A stretch of DNA of 64,000 nucleotides from Vicugna vicugna (GCA_013265495.1 MU058654.1:496001-560000); one strand, 5' to 3'; positions 23,901 through 37,254 are shown, counted from the first letter of the stretch. Numbers and translations: made by a program. The notes: generated from the sequence alone by a model not told the origin.

Positions 23901-24896
23901 TTCGGGGGCTGTCCTTCCCCCAGGGCTGTCCAGGCTGCACTTCTCAGCAAGGACTGATCTAGTTCTCACTGATGCCCCAGGCCCGTCTCAAAACCATCTT
24001 CTCACAACCAACTGCAAACAGCATGAAGACACTGAGAAAAGCCACGCTGGGGCATCTGACCTCCCGAGGGCAGCCCCTGGTTCTTTCTGGCTAAAACACT
24101 CTCATTTTCCAAGACCACTCATTTGAGTTGGATTGCAGAACCACGTGAAGCTAAAACAAGAAACTCATGCTCCACAATCAAATACAATCAGATGATCCAG
24201 AATAATTAAGAAATTAAAGAGAGGAATCACACTTACTGGGTAGCAATTGGCAAAAACCTCTGAGCTGGGCTTTGGCCTGAATTTCCTAATATTTCCAGGC
24301 AGAACTGGGTGACTCATGAGGCAAGAACAGAGTCAGTGTTCCTCAGAAGCACTTCAGATTTTTACAGAAGCATTTAATTAACTTTTTTTTTTAACTTGCT
24401 CTAAAGCACGTTGTTGAAATAGATTTTCGAATGTTAAGATCAGCCTTCCTTCCAGTCTGCGGGAGGTGTTCTACGTTGTACAAGACATGAGGGCGGTACT
24501 TCCTTCTCTGGTCTTGGGAAAACATTTCCTATGAGTTCTTAGATGGTACCCATGACCGAAAGGGTGTTCATCAACTCCCCAGTGTTCCTTTATGGTCTCT
24601 GGAGAGCTGTGTCTCTTTTGATCTTTGAAAATCTATTGTGAAGTACTTCTGACATATAAAACTATGGAGAAAATAGTATAATAAATACAAGGGTATCCAT
24701 CTCCCAGCTTAAAAAAAGTAGAACTATGCAAACACATTGGAATCAATCTGTTTTTTCCATCCCATTCCCCTTGGGGATGTCCCTCACATCTGAGCATGTC
24801 TTTATACTTTTATCACATTAGTCTGTACATCTAAGCAGTACTGAGTATCATTTTTACACAACTGAACATTATGTAAACAGCGTAACAAAGATACAG

Positions 24897-25052
24897 CTTA
24901 TTACAAGACACTGAATGTAGTTCCCTGTGCTATACAGTAAGACCTTGTTGTTTATCTATTTTATACACAGTAGTGTGCATCTGCTAATCCCCAATTTTTA
25001 ACTTATCCCTCCCCCTACCCCACCCTTTCCAGTTTGGTAACCGTAAGTTTTT
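24897..25052 (-). mobile_element. L1 3'UTR fragment
   Basis: 'gttccctgtgctatacagtaagaccttgttgtttatctattttatacac...tttggtaaccgtaagttt'. Confidence 0.85.
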
Positions 25053-25802
25053 CTTAAAGTAGATTCTTAAAAACAAAGAGAAGACTTCTTTGAGGCATCA
25101 GCACCAAGCATTTATTTCTGGGAGTGGATTTTGTTTTCCTCTTTGCTTTGATCAGGAGGAAGAACAACAGCAACTTTACCCACCTCCCTAGGAGACTTTG
25201 GCATGCATTTCCAGTACTAACATTTCCAAAGATCTAATTGTTCTTTCTTACTATTATTTGCCCCTGCCTTGGATTTCCTCATTTGTTTATTTTATCCTGA
25301 TGTACTCTGTGTATTTTGTAAACCTCCTTGAGGCCTTTTTGGAACAAGGGAGGGTATAAATAAATAAAAGGAGTCTCTCTGAAGCCTTCTCTGCCCCTAC
25401 ATGAGTTTATACTCTGTTGGTGCTTCAGGCCCCAGGCCTATGGGGACAACACTTAGTAAATCACTGCTTCCACGTATCCTGAAGGCAGTGGGGCTGCCAA
25501 AGGTGCAGAACAAACCACCAGAGAGTTGTTTAAGCACTAGGAAAATCTGGCCCGATACTTTATTCCAAATCTATATTTATGTTCATGGCTTATGAAGCAC
25601 CTCGGGCCCCTTTGGGGTAAGAAAAGCTGCACGAATCTAACAAAACATTATTAAATAGATTTATTTTGGGTTGCTAAAGAGTGGGAGGCCCTCTGGAGAA
25701 GCACTGGAGGAGAGTGAATGATTTCCCGCAATCTCCGCCACGTACTTTTTAAGAGTCTCTCATTGAACCCCTGGTGCCGCTCTGACAGTTCCAGCTAATC
25801 CT

Positions 25803-25816
25803 GTTGCTATGGTTAC
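25803..25816 (-). promoter_or_regulatory. RFX X-box motif
   Basis: Minus strand reads GTAACCATAGCAAC, matching GTNRCC-AT-RGYAAC. Confidence 0.55.
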
Positions 25817-26617
25817 AACAATTAATTATATGCTTAACTAGCCTTACTAGTACATCGCAGCAATTCAGTTAAAATCTGACTTTATTCTTCCTATACTTTC
25901 AGGGTTTTTTTTCCCTTTCTTTCTTCTAGTCTCCAGCTCTAAAAACTGTCAATAATGTGGACTGAAAGGGTCCAGAGGTTGTCCAGTCCATTTCCCAGGG
26001 GCATTTTGGCTCAGACTTAATGGAACAAAGTGCGCTTGCCCTGGAATAGACTTTGGTAGAAGAGCCAAAACATTTGGGAAATTTGAACCCAACAACTGAG
26101 CAAATCATAAAACTAATACCCGATGGATGTAAGGCTGTTAGGAGGAGATTTATTCCCCCCTTCTTAATTTTAATAATGTAATTGAATGAGAATGAGGACA
26201 CACAGGATTTCTAAATTAGTGGCTGAGCCCAACCACTAGGATGACATCTGAAGCCATGCCACATGGACCCAGCAGCCCAGCCTTAGCCGGGAAGGGAGTC
26301 TCCTGGGTTGTCCTGGAGACGTGCGGGCATTGAAGAGGCCCTGGGACTGATGGAAGCTCCGACACGTGTTGAGATGGTCAGTCCCCAGGTCCCTGATGGA
26401 AACGCTGTTAGCTGGAAATGCTGGGTTAATCCCTCTTCTGCTGATTGCCAGTGTCAGAGTAAGAGCCTAGCGCCTTCATTTCCTGGGAGGGAGACAGAGT
26501 TTTAGAAGGGTCTTGTTCACAGTTGCCTTGCTTTGGAGGACTCAGCTATAGGTAAAAAATCTATTCCAGTAAAATTCTAGCATTGGTTACTTTTTCTTTT
26601 CTATTTTTTTATTACAT

Positions 26618-27012
26618 CAAAAAAAAATAGGAATAAACCTGACCAAGGAGGTGAAAGAATTAAACACAAAGAACTGCAAAACATTGATTAATGAAATTAA
26701 AGATGATTTAAAGAAATGGAAAGATATCCCATGCTCTTAAATTGGAAGAATTCATATTGTTAACATGGCCATACTTCCCAAGGCAATCTACAGATTTAAT
26801 GTGATCCCTATCAAATTACCCAGGACATTTTTCACAGAACTAGACCACATAATCCTAAAGTTTATATGGAATCATGAAAGACCCAGAATTGCCAGAGCAA
26901 TACTGAAGAAAAAGAATGCAGCGGGAGGAATAACCCTCCCAGACTTCAGACAATACTACAGAGCTACAGTAATCAAAGCCGTGTGGCATTGGCATACAAA
27001 ACAGACATATGG
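26618..27012 (+). mobile_element. L1 ORF2 internal fragment
   Basis: Peptide '[26 protein letters not shown]...[39 protein letters not shown]'; upstream in-frame stop. Confidence 0.93.
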
Positions 27013-27129
27013 CTCTTCTCTAGTTTTTCTAATCACAGAAGACATTCTATCAATGTAACTGACATTCTGCTTTCCTGATCTAGCTGTCTCCATTTTTTTG
27101 TTGTTCCTCTTCTTTCTTCAGCCCTCTGA

Positions 27130-27325
27130 TAATGACAGCTAATGTGGATGCATGGCTATGCACCAGGCACTATGCTAAGTGACTTTCCTGCATTATTTGA
27201 CTTTGCTGATATGGAAACTGAGGCTCTCAGCACTTAAGGATTCACCCAAGAACACTGAGCTAAAGGCAGAGCCACAAGTATCACCAGACTCTCCAGGCTC
27301 CAAAATGCATTCTTGGCCTTTATAC
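27130..27325 (-). mobile_element. MIR
   Basis: 'atgcaccaggcactatgctaagtgactt...gatatggaaactgaggctctcagcacttaaggattcacccaagaacac'. Confidence 0.75.
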
Positions 27326-27379
27326 GCTCAGCTCCTCCAAAGTGTCCAATCTGCTCTGGTCCTCTTTCTACAATGACTT

Positions 27380-27800
27380 CATTTACTCCAGTGCTTCAGC
27401 TTTCACCTCTCTGAGAAGATCCCAAGTGCACACCCAGTCCTGACCATCCATCACCTGCCTGCTACGGACCCCTTTCATCCCCTCCCATGGCCACGGCAAA
27501 CTCAGTGTGTTCACAGCAGAACTACCATCCCTCCTCCCTAACCTGCTTTCATCCATCCTCCTGAACTCTCTGCCTCTGTGGAAGGACTCACTGTTCTTCT
27601 GGTCATGTAGCTCTGAACCTCTAGAATTATCTTTGATTTTTGACTCCTCATCTCCCTTAACTCCTACAAATAACAAGTCCCTCAGGTCTTAGCACCCCCT
27701 CGGCCAGCTTGCTCACCTCTGTTGCCTATCTCCTCCCAAAATGCCCCAACTGGACCACTTCTGGGGCCAACACCAAGTCCAAGGGAGGAAACAGCCCTTG
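27380..27800 (+). mobile_element. LINE-2 fragment
   Basis: 'aaactcagtgtgttcacagcagaactaccatc', 'aacctctagaattatctttgatttttgactcctc'. Confidence 0.55.
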
Positions 27801-28208
27801 GCCATGAACCAGAGGTGGGGTTTGACAAGAAATTGCAATGCATATGAAGGTTCTCTCCAGTTTTCTGCACTCTGCAGTTTGTGGTGCCTTGTCTCCCCCA
27901 CCATCACTCCTGGGCGTTCAGGGTTCTGTGCTGGCCTCAGCAGGGCAGGTGCTCCAGTGGGCCTCTCCTTCTGTCCTTACTGGATACTGGCCTCCTTCTC
28001 TGGACCATTACTGCAGCCCATTCCCATGCTCAAGGGTAGTTGCTCTTGGACAAGGTGTCTACCAACACCCTTTATAGCTACACCCCATTCACAGCACAAA
28101 GTCAGCTCATGGTGAGCCTTCAAGCAAACTGAATTTCTAAATTTGAATTGGCTTTTTAAAATGAGATTTTTCTGGAGTCATTATCCTATTTCAAAGGAAT
28201 GATCCAAA

Positions 28209-28242
28209 AGAGAGAGAGTGTGTGTGTGCGTGCGTGTGTGTG
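28209..28242. repeat. Compound (AG)n(TG)n microsatellite
   Basis: agagagagagtgtgtgtgtgcgtgcgtgtgtgtg. Confidence 0.85.
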
Positions 28243-28447
28243 TAGATAGATGGGAAGTGGGGAGGACATTTATATACACACCCGCGGAAAGGAGACTGTG
28301 TTTAAGGTTGTATTTGGATTTTTCAAGCAAATTAAGTTTACAATATAATTTAAGAGATATTTACTAAGTGTCTTATATATATATATATCTGTAAGGCAGT
28401 ATTAAGTGCCAGTATTATTTATCACCTAAATAAATATTCATTAAATA

Positions 28448-29230
28448 TGCTAGAGAGGGTGTGGAGAAAAGGGAACCCTCCTACACTGTTAGTGGATATG
28501 CAGTTCGGTGCAGCCATTATGGAAAACAGGATGGAGATTCCTTAAAAAACTGAAAATAGACTTACCCTATGATCCAGCAATCCCACTCCTGGGCATATAT
28601 CCAGAAGAAATGCTTATTTGAAAAGATACATGCACCCCAATATTCACAGCAGCACTATTTACAATAATCAAGCCATGGAAACAACCTAAATGTCCATTGA
28701 CAGATGACTAGACTAAGAAGATACAGTATATTTATATAATGAAATACAACTCAGCCATAAAAAAGAATAAAATAATGCCATTTGCAGCAACATAGATGGG
28801 CCCAGAGATCATCATTCTAACTGAAGTAAGCCAGAAAGAGAAGGAAAAATACCATGTGATATCACTTATAGGTGGAATCTTAATTAAAAAAAGGACACAA
28901 ATGAATTTATTTACAAAATAGAGACAGACTCACAAACAGAAAACAAACTTGTGTTTATCAGAGGGGTAGGGAGGTGATGGGATAGACTGGGAGTTTGGGA
29001 TTTGCAGATACTAATTACTATATACAAAACAGATAAACAGTGAGACCCTACTGTACAGCACAGGGAACTATATTCAATATCATATAATGAAATGATACTA
29101 TATAATGAAATAGAATATGAGAAGGAATATTTATGTATATATGCATAGATGAATCACTGTGCTGTACACCAGAAATTAATACAACATTGTAAATAGACTA
29201 TACATCAATTAAAAAAACTTTTTAAAAAAT
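28448..29230 (+). mobile_element. 5'-truncated L1 (ORF2 C-terminus + 3'UTR)
   Basis: 'tgctagagagggtgtggagaaaagggaaccctcctacactg...' to 'gactatacatcaattaaaaaaa'. Confidence 0.93.
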
Positions 29231-29349
29231 CATTACATGATTAAATAAATGAGTGAAGGAAAGAATGGATTTATCTATTTATTCATTTACTTATCAAACT
29301 TGGGGACAACAGTGAGCTCTAAGAACAAAGCAATATTTTTGTTATCCTT

Positions 29350-29480
29350 TTATTTGATGAATATTTAATGAATGTGTCCTATGTGCCAGGCACCACACTG
29401 GGCCCTGAGAATACAAAGGTGAACAATAGTGGACACAGAATCCTTACAGGTTGAGCTCAATGCTCAGTGATGCAGGAAGA
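29350..29480 (-). mobile_element. LINE-2 3' end
   Basis: 'atatttaatgaatgtgtcctatgtgccaggcaccacactgggccctgagaatacaaaggtgaac'. Confidence 0.75.
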
Positions 29481-29873
29481 CAGGTGTTACAGGTACGGGT
29501 CATACATCTACAGCCATCGCTGGGCCGTGACCTCCCAGACCTGTGCTGGTGCTGCATGATTTAGGGGAAGCCCAAGCCAGGAGCTGGGAGAAGCTTCCCT
29601 CTGGGGTCCTCCTGGAGCCGGCTGACTAGCAATGCAGCCTTCCACTTGATCCATCTATAAAACTACGATTTTTCTGATTGTATCTTTAAGCAACAGCCTC
29701 CCCTCCGCAGTTCAGTATCAAAGAGTCGCTTCCAGGAGCCAGTGATGTCTCTGAGTCTCTCCAACATAATCCCTGGAGGTGGCAGGAATAGCCCGTCACC
29801 ACCCAGGCTTCCCTAGCAGCCTGGCTGGCAGTCCCTGGGAAAGGGGGAGAAAGTATTTGCTTAGGTAAAGTCG

Positions 29874-29938
29874 GTGGTGCTCACATGATGCTAAGCGCAC
29901 TGACTCAGTGATGCTCATATGATGCTAAGTACACTGAC
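29874..29938. repeat. Diverged tandem duplication, period 34 bp
   Basis: gtggtgctcacatgatgctaagcgcactgac (29874-29904) vs gtgatgctcatatgatgctaagtacactgac (29908-29938). Confidence 0.9.
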
Positions 29939-31040
29939 AGTGTTGTCCTCTGCCTTTGCAGGTGTCACAGAGGAGCTCTAGAATCCCACGTTGCCTTTTT
30001 ACACATTGACATTCACGTGGGAGCAGGCTTAAGCTCACCAGTTCCACTAAAGGAAAATAAGACTGGGAAAATGTACCAGGACAGCTCTTTCTTATCACCA
30101 TGGCAACGCTGCCATCACAGGGGCTATCTCTCTAGGCGAAAGTAAGACAGAAAAGAGAATGGCTGTGGTGTGTCTGTGCCTGTACCCTCGCCACCCACAG
30201 GCAGCCACGGCAACCAGGGGGCACGAATGGGGTCACCGAGACCAGAGTGCTTCCCAGCCTCTGCCCCAGCTGCTCCTGCAGGACCTTTGGGACCTTCTGA
30301 TTGTTGCCCCGGCAGCTCTTGGGATGCATTGAGGCTCCTTGCTGGGGTGGATCCCGTACTGGCCCGTCCTGAGGGCACCAGGACAGACACAGGATGCTCC
30401 TCACCCGCCCCAGAAGCAGGCCTGGCTGGTTTGTCCTGTGGTCCAGAATACCCCTCAGGATAACACTAAGTCCACATTAGGAATCGGCCCTCATCTTCCT
30501 CTCCCTGGGACATGCACCACAAGCCAAGCTCACCTCTGCTCCTACTGTTTTAGAAACTGGCTGAACCTTCCCTCCCCCAGCCTTCTCTCTCTTTCTCTGG
30601 GTTGAGCCCCTCACCTTTGAAATGCTGCGGGAGTCTCCCCAGCTCGAGCCCCGTCCTCCCTGCCCCCCTGAACCGTGTCCTGCCCGAGTCAGCAGGCTTG
30701 TGCCTCTCCACTTTTGTTTCCCATAGTGGAAAAGACCACTCTACCCCGTTCTTCTGGGGTCTTCTGGAAGACCCTCTACCCCGTTCTTCACATAATTAAC
30801 CCCCTGAAGGGCCATCTCCTCATGCCCAGACCTCCTGATTCCCTACATAAATGTATGCATGATAGTTTTGACTCGCAGACAGCTAATTTAAGCGAAGCCA
30901 CGAGGTTGAATGATTCAAGGAATCTTTCATTGCTTACTCAACTTTTCACAGGGAAAGCTACCTGCAGGGGCTTCCTGGGAGTCCTGATGCCTTCACAAAG
31001 ATGCAGGTGAGAGGCACTTGCTGGATTGGAGAAAAGGTAT

Positions 31041-31345
31041 TACTATGGACTGAGCTGTGTCCCCCCAAAGTGCATGTGCTGTGACTATATTTGAAGCATC
31101 ATAGATTGAATGAGGTCATAAGGGCAGAGTCCTGGTCCTATAGGATTAGGGTCCTTAGAAGAAGAGACATTAGACCTTCTCTCTCTCTCTTTCTCTTCCA
31201 ACTGAGGACACAGTGACGGGGTGACTATCTGCAAGAGAGCTCTCACCAGGGACTGAATGGAACCAGCACCTTGATCTTGGACTTCTCAGCTTCCAGGACT
31301 GTGAGAGATAAATGTTCGTTGCTTAAGCCACCTGGTGTGTGGCAT
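31041..31345 (+). mobile_element. MLT1 (ERVL-MaLR) LTR
   Basis: 'ctatggactgagctgtgtccccccaaa...accagcaccttgatcttggacttctcagcttccaggactgtgagagataaatgttcgttgcttaagccacc'. Confidence 0.88.
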
Positions 31346-31429
31346 CCCCTTCTCCATCAGATACAGAGATATTTGACTGAATACTGTGAAAGGAAGGATA
31401 GGATAGCTCTGAGAAAATAGCAGGGACAT

Positions 31430-34400
31430 TTATTTAGACATTAAATCTGTAGATTAGAATTGGAGGTAATTGACATCTTTACAATACTGGGTGTTCTATT
31501 CTACAATAACCACGGACGGAGAGACTTCAACAACAGAGATTTATTTTCTCATAGTCTGGAGTCTAGAAGTCCAAGATCAAGGTGTTGACAAGGTTGATTT
31601 ATCCTCAGGCCTCTCTCCTTGGCTTATAGACGGCTGTCTGCTCCCTGTGTCTTCACACCATATTTCTTCTGTATCCATTTGTATCCACATTTACTCATCT
31701 TATAAGGACACCAGCCATATTGGATTAGGGCCCACTCTAATGCCCTCATTTTAATTTAACCCTTCTTTAAAGGCCTTATCTCCAAACAGAGTCATATTCT
31801 GAGGTAGTGAGGGGTTAGGACTTCAACATATGAACTGGGGAGGGGATACAATTCAAACCTTAACAGTGAAATAGTCCTCAATTCATTCCCATCTTCTTGT
31901 TACAGTAATATATAATGTCTAGTGTTGAAGTCATGCACATCTTTTGTTCAATTTATTCCTAGATATTTGATATTTTGGGATGTTACCATAATTGGTATCA
32001 TTTAAAATGCCACTTTCTATTTATTTACTGTTGATATATCGAAATATCTTTGTTTTGTATACACCGACATTTTATCCAGTGACCTTGTGACATTCATTTC
32101 TTAGTTGAAAGAGTTTATTTATAAATTCCTTTAGATTTTTTTTACTTCGAAATCAATGTGGTCTGCCAATAATGTGATTTTATTTTTTCCATTTTAGACT
32201 TTGTTCTTTTTGTTTATTTTTGTTGCCTTATTGTAGTGGCTAGGTCAATCACTACAATAATGGATGGAAATGATCATAATAAATCTCTTCTTCTTTCTAT
32301 CTTTGGGTAAATGCCATCTGTATTATACCATAAAGTATAATTTTTGCTATAGATTTTTCCAAGCAAATTCATTATCACTTTAAGGTCATTTGTTATTCCT
32401 TATTTGCTGAGACTTATCAGCAATGGGTAATAGATTTTAAATGTTGATTCTGCACCTACTGAGATCAGCATATCATTTTGTCCTTTCATGCTGTCAATGT
32501 GATAAAATGTGTTGATTGATTTTCCAAAGTTAAATGAACATTACGTTTTTGTAATGGAACCAAATTCGAAGTGACATATTGTCTTTTTAATATATTGCTG
32601 GTTCATTTGGCTAAGATTTTACTTAATTTTTTTGTATTTATGCCCTTGAGATTGGCCTTTTTCTCTCTCGTAAATGTTCATGTTATGTTTTGGTTTCAAG
32701 GTAAACCGGCCTCATAAAACAAGACACACATGTTCTCTGTTTTGTTTCATTGTTTAAATTTCCTGGAGAGGTTTGCATAAAATTGGTGTTATTTCTTCTT
32801 TAAATATCTGGAAGAATTTGTCAGTAAAGTCAATTTTCCCTGGAGATTTCCTTATGGGAATTTTGTTAATTACAGATTCTACTTACTCAGTGTAGAACTG
32901 TTTTGATTCAAAAAATTGTCTTCTTATTTTCATTTGGGTAAGTTGGATTTTTCTAGGAAATTTCTCATTTCATCTATATATTTTTTAATTTATTGAAATA
33001 AAATTGTTCACAATAGCCTTTCATTACCTTATTTAAATGTCTGTAGGGTCTGTGGTAGTTCCTTTTGCATTCCTGTTACTGGTAACGTGTCTTCTCTCCC
33101 TCAGTCATTCTTGTGAAATATATGGTTTTTCTAAGAATTCACTTTGAGCTTCGTCATTTCTTCCATTGTACATTTGCTCTATATTTGACTAATACCTGCT
33201 ATCATGATTGCTATTATCTCCTTTCTTCTTTCTTTGGGTCTAACTTGATGTTCTTTTTAACTTCTGCTATGGGTACAATCAAGAAAATCAATAGATGATT
33301 AATTTTCAGCATATCTTCTTTTCTGATATATTATCCTTTGAAGCATGCTTTTAATTCACACATTTTAGTGTATCATATTTTCATTTAATTAAACTTATTT
33401 TAAATTTCCATTATGATTTAATCTTTGTTCATGGAATAATTAGACATATATTGTTTAATTCCTAAACATTTGGTAGTTTTCCACTAAACTTTATTATTGA
33501 TTTCTAGCTTTATTTCACCGTATAATTTTAATACATGGAATTTGTTAAAATTTGATTTATGGCCCAGCATATGGCAATTTGGCTAAATATTCTATGTACT
33601 CCTAAAAATCATGTGAATTCTAAAGCTGATTGGGCAGTTGGTAAATGTTGCTCAAATTTTATATATGTTAATTATTTGTTTTTGTTTGCTCCATCAGTCA
33701 TGGAGAACATGTTAAAATCAGCCAATATGGTTGTGAATTTATCTATTTTTTTCTTTCAAATCCACATTTTGTTGCTTCATATATTTTGATGCTGTTATTA
33801 GATGCATACAAATTGAAAAGTATTAAATCTCTCTGACTGATCGATATTTTATCATTATGAAAGCACCCCTCATTATCTCCAAGAATGCCTCTCGCCTTAA
33901 AGTCTATTTTGTCTTCTATAACTATGCCGTGTTCCTTTTTAATAGTGTTTGTACTCAGTTCTTTTGTGTCTTTGTGTGTCAAGTGTTTCTTTGTTTCATT
34001 TGTTCATCTTGAGATGTTTTGTTTTTTAAATTGATTTAGTTCATTTACATTTAATACAATTGTTGATACATTTGAAGTTTTATCTACTATCTATTGCATG
34101 TCATACACATACATGTAGTGTGCTACATTCCTTTGTATGCTTTTCTTGCAACTTTCTGGACTAATTAATCATTTTAAAATTATTTCCCACTTCTCTCTTA
34201 TCCTGGTAGTTACATTTTTTTTTTCCTTTAATGATTACACAGTGATTACAACACACATCCCTGGTTTGTTAGATTGTAAAATAAATATTTGGATCATTTC
34301 CCAGGTAATGTCAGAACTTTCCAATTTTAATTCCATTACTTCACTTCCATCGTTTGTGAATTGTTCTGTGTGTTTGTTCTTCCTGTATTTTAAGTCATTG

Positions 34401-34660
34401 CTATTCTGTGTAGTCAGTATTTATTTAGATAGGCCTACATGTTTCCATTGTTCCATTTCTCTTTCATTCTTCTTACGTTTTCACATTTCCATCTGAGATA
34501 GCTCTCCTCTCTTAGGAAATGCTTTAGTATTACTTTTATTGTGCGCCTAAAGGCAACAAGTTGTTTCAGTTTTGGTTTTCCTGAAAATGTCTTTGTTTTT
34601 CTACCATTTTTAAAGAATGTTTTCCCTGGACAGAATTCTAAGCTGGCAGTTACAGTCAGA
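31430..34660 (-). mobile_element. Old L1M ORF2 region (~2.8 kb, degenerate), interrupted by an MLT1 LTR
   Basis: Long T-rich antisense L1; peptide remnant 'IEDKIDFKARGI...GCF' resembles the L1 endonuclease region. Confidence 0.85.
31487..31865 (-). mobile_element. MLT1 LTR nested in the old L1
   Basis: 'caacagagatttattttctcatagtctggagtctagaagtccaagatcaagg...ggttaggacttcaacatatgaa...acaattcaaaccttaaca'. Confidence 0.88.
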
Positions 34661-34779
34661 AAATTGATTCATCGGTATTTATCTGGAAACTAAAATTTAT
34701 CCAAACTTGCTTTAGCCAAATAATTCTACTTTTAGAGAGTCAATGGAAATGCATTAAAATTAAAATAAATCAGGAGGTA

Positions 34780-35110
34780 CAAACAAATGAATTGCATCAT
34801 TACTCACAAAAGTGAAAAACTGAAAAAACATAAAATTCAACATGAAGGCTATGGTTAAGTAAATTATGGCAAATCCATGCAGTGCAAAATTGTGTAAACA
34901 TTAAAATGATGCTCATGAAGAATTTTTAGTCGGAAAAAATTTACATTATTGTATATGGAGAAAACAAGATGCAAATGTTGATATATTGTGTGATTTCAGG
35001 TAAATTGCAAAGCTATACACATAGAAAAAGCCTAAGAGGAAATACACAATTCAGTTAACTCCCTTTGTCTCTTGGTATAAGGGTTATGGGTGGTTAGTTT
35101 TCTGTAACTG
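34780..35110 (+). mobile_element. L1ME-like 3' fragment
   Basis: 'ggttaagtaaattatggcaaatccatgcagtgcaaaattgtgtaaacattaaaatgat'. Confidence 0.55.
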
Positions 35111-35889
35111 AAATAAATAGCAATTTTAATATGTGACTCAGTCTTTTTTTTTTCTTTTCCATTTAAAATTATAAACAGAACAAATGATGAAATTAATAGT
35201 TCAGGTCATGGACATTTAGTTGAAGGAGATAAAGTTGTCATAACCGTCTTACACACACAGAATTTCCCATGAAAGGAGAACATGGAAATATACAAAAGGA
35301 CCCCATTTACATTGTCATAAATTGTTCCAAGTCTCAAATCACTGAGAAAACCCCACCTCACACAAGTTACCATAAACACCTGATTCCCAAGCATAAATAT
35401 TTGTGTTGAAAATTGCATCCCACACACATTTCATCCGGGGTTAAAAGAATGATCTCCACCTTCCTTCATATACAGTACTAGTCACTTCCTAAACCTCATT
35501 ATGGGTAGTAATAATGCTGCCCCAACAGGAGTTAATTTTATGATAATCATATATGGCAGTGACTCTCACAGCTGCTTCACAGAAGCAAGGGTTTTGCAAA
35601 TTAGCTACTTTCTTATTTGGGGAAGGTGTGGGATGGACCAGAAGCAAAGGCGTCGCTGGAACTCACACAACGTTTTTAGAACTCATTAATTAGCCTAGCA
35701 GTCTCATTTTATTTTTTCATCAGACGATGGTTTGGGGCAGAAGTGGTCCTGAGGTCATCAATTCTGACCCAGCTGATTAACATTGGGCTTGTAAGATAAT
35801 TGGAAAGATCAAAAAACAGTGTCTAGTCTTTCTCCTAAAGCTAAAATTACAGTCAGAAAAATTTCTAAGAGACATCCCAGCCCTTTGGA

Positions 35890-36100
35890 AAGGAGCGTAG
35901 GAATTAGGCAGATCTGAATTTGAATCCTCGGTGCCTGCTCTCTTTCTGCATGGCCTGGGGAAAAGGGCTTATCTTTGTGAATTTAAGTTTCCTTCTTTGT
36001 GAAAATGGAAATAAAAATGCCTCTTTCATAGGCAGGGACAAGACAACGTACTCAAAACACAATGTCCAACACAGTGGGGTTATGATAAATTTTCATTTAC
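35890..36100 (+). mobile_element. MIR
   Basis: 'ggcagatctgaatttgaatcctcgg...aagtttccttctttgtgaaaatggaaataa'. Confidence 0.75.
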
Positions 36101-36366
36101 TCAAATCTTCCTTCAACTCTTAATGGAAAACCTCGCCTATTTGAGAGGACCAAGATTCAAACATCTAAACTTGGACATTTTCAGCCCCCAGGGAATGCTG
36201 GTTAGATTGCTCTTAGCTTAAATGTGGAATGTGATATAGACGTGGGGGGTCAGGTGCGGGTAGGAATGGTAGAAGGAGCGAGGCGGACTCAATGAGTACT
36301 TTGAATTCGGATAAAGGACAAAAACATGGAAAGAAGTCCAATGAAGAGATGGTAAAAGTTGATTTG

Positions 36367-36450
36367 TGGGGGTGGTGTAGCTCAGTGGTAGAGCACACGC
36401 TTAGCATGCATGAGGTCCTGGGTTTGAGCCTCAGTCTTTTATTTGTTTAA
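36367..36450 (+). mobile_element. tRNA-derived SINE (vic-1-like, short)
   Basis: A box tagctcagtgg 36378-36388, 'cttagcatgcatgaggtcctg', B box ggtttgagcc 36421-36430. Confidence 0.85.
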
Positions 36451-37254
36451 AAAGTTAGTTTTATTTGTTTAAGTAACTCACATTTATTGAGCATTTACTA
36501 CAATATGGGCAGGGTTTAATGCAGAAGATATGGTGGGGAACACAGTAAGCCCCCTTCCTTTTCTTGAGAGAACTTACTCTCTACTGGGGGCAACAGGTGT
36601 GGAGACAGGGTAGTAAGGGTAGTGATGCAGGATGATCTGGTGGCTGCAGTGACCTGGTGTGCCTCACCCCCATTGCTCCCCACTCTAGGACAGCCCTGGG
36701 TCAGCTGCCTTCTTACCACCCAGGGATATGGAGTCACCTGGGAACAGAGGAATGGCTGGCTGGGCTGGGAGACAGCGGAATAGCACTGAACAAGCAAACA
36801 TACTATATATTTTATTCTGTCTTAACCCCAGTCTTTGGGGAAGGTTTCTCCCTTCTCCTAAGACCCAGGCAATCATCACAGACATGCCCAGCTATAATGA
36901 GTCACCCACACTTACTAATCTCCGGAGAGTCATCGAGTTGAGCAGCTTCTTGTGGGGAAGACGCCTTCCCTGGAGAAGGCTAGCTTGTTGACATACCAGA
37001 TAGCTTTTCTCCAAGGGCATCCTCCCTTGCCTCCCTCATCCTCCTTCTGGAACTCTAACATGGTCATGCCCAGATGGTCAGTTCCCCAAGTACCTCCTGA
37101 CCAGCCAGGATCAACAAATGCTGTGGGACATTCAAAGGATGCAACCTTGACTTCTTTCTGGGTTGGCAGGTCTTTCAGAGCAGGGAGGAACGATTTAGCC
37201 TGCGTTTTGAAGTGCTGAAGACCTTGCTAGTTTGAGAGGGGAAAGGTGGATAAT

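Noticed and set aside
29874..29938. CRISPR-like repeats (also 4921-4988)
   Set aside because: Only two adjacent copies, no spacers, mammalian context
36367..36440. tRNA-Ala-like sequence as a real tRNA gene (also 10244, 19446, 59139)
   Set aside because: Degenerate stems, A/T-rich tails and TSDs indicate SINE copies
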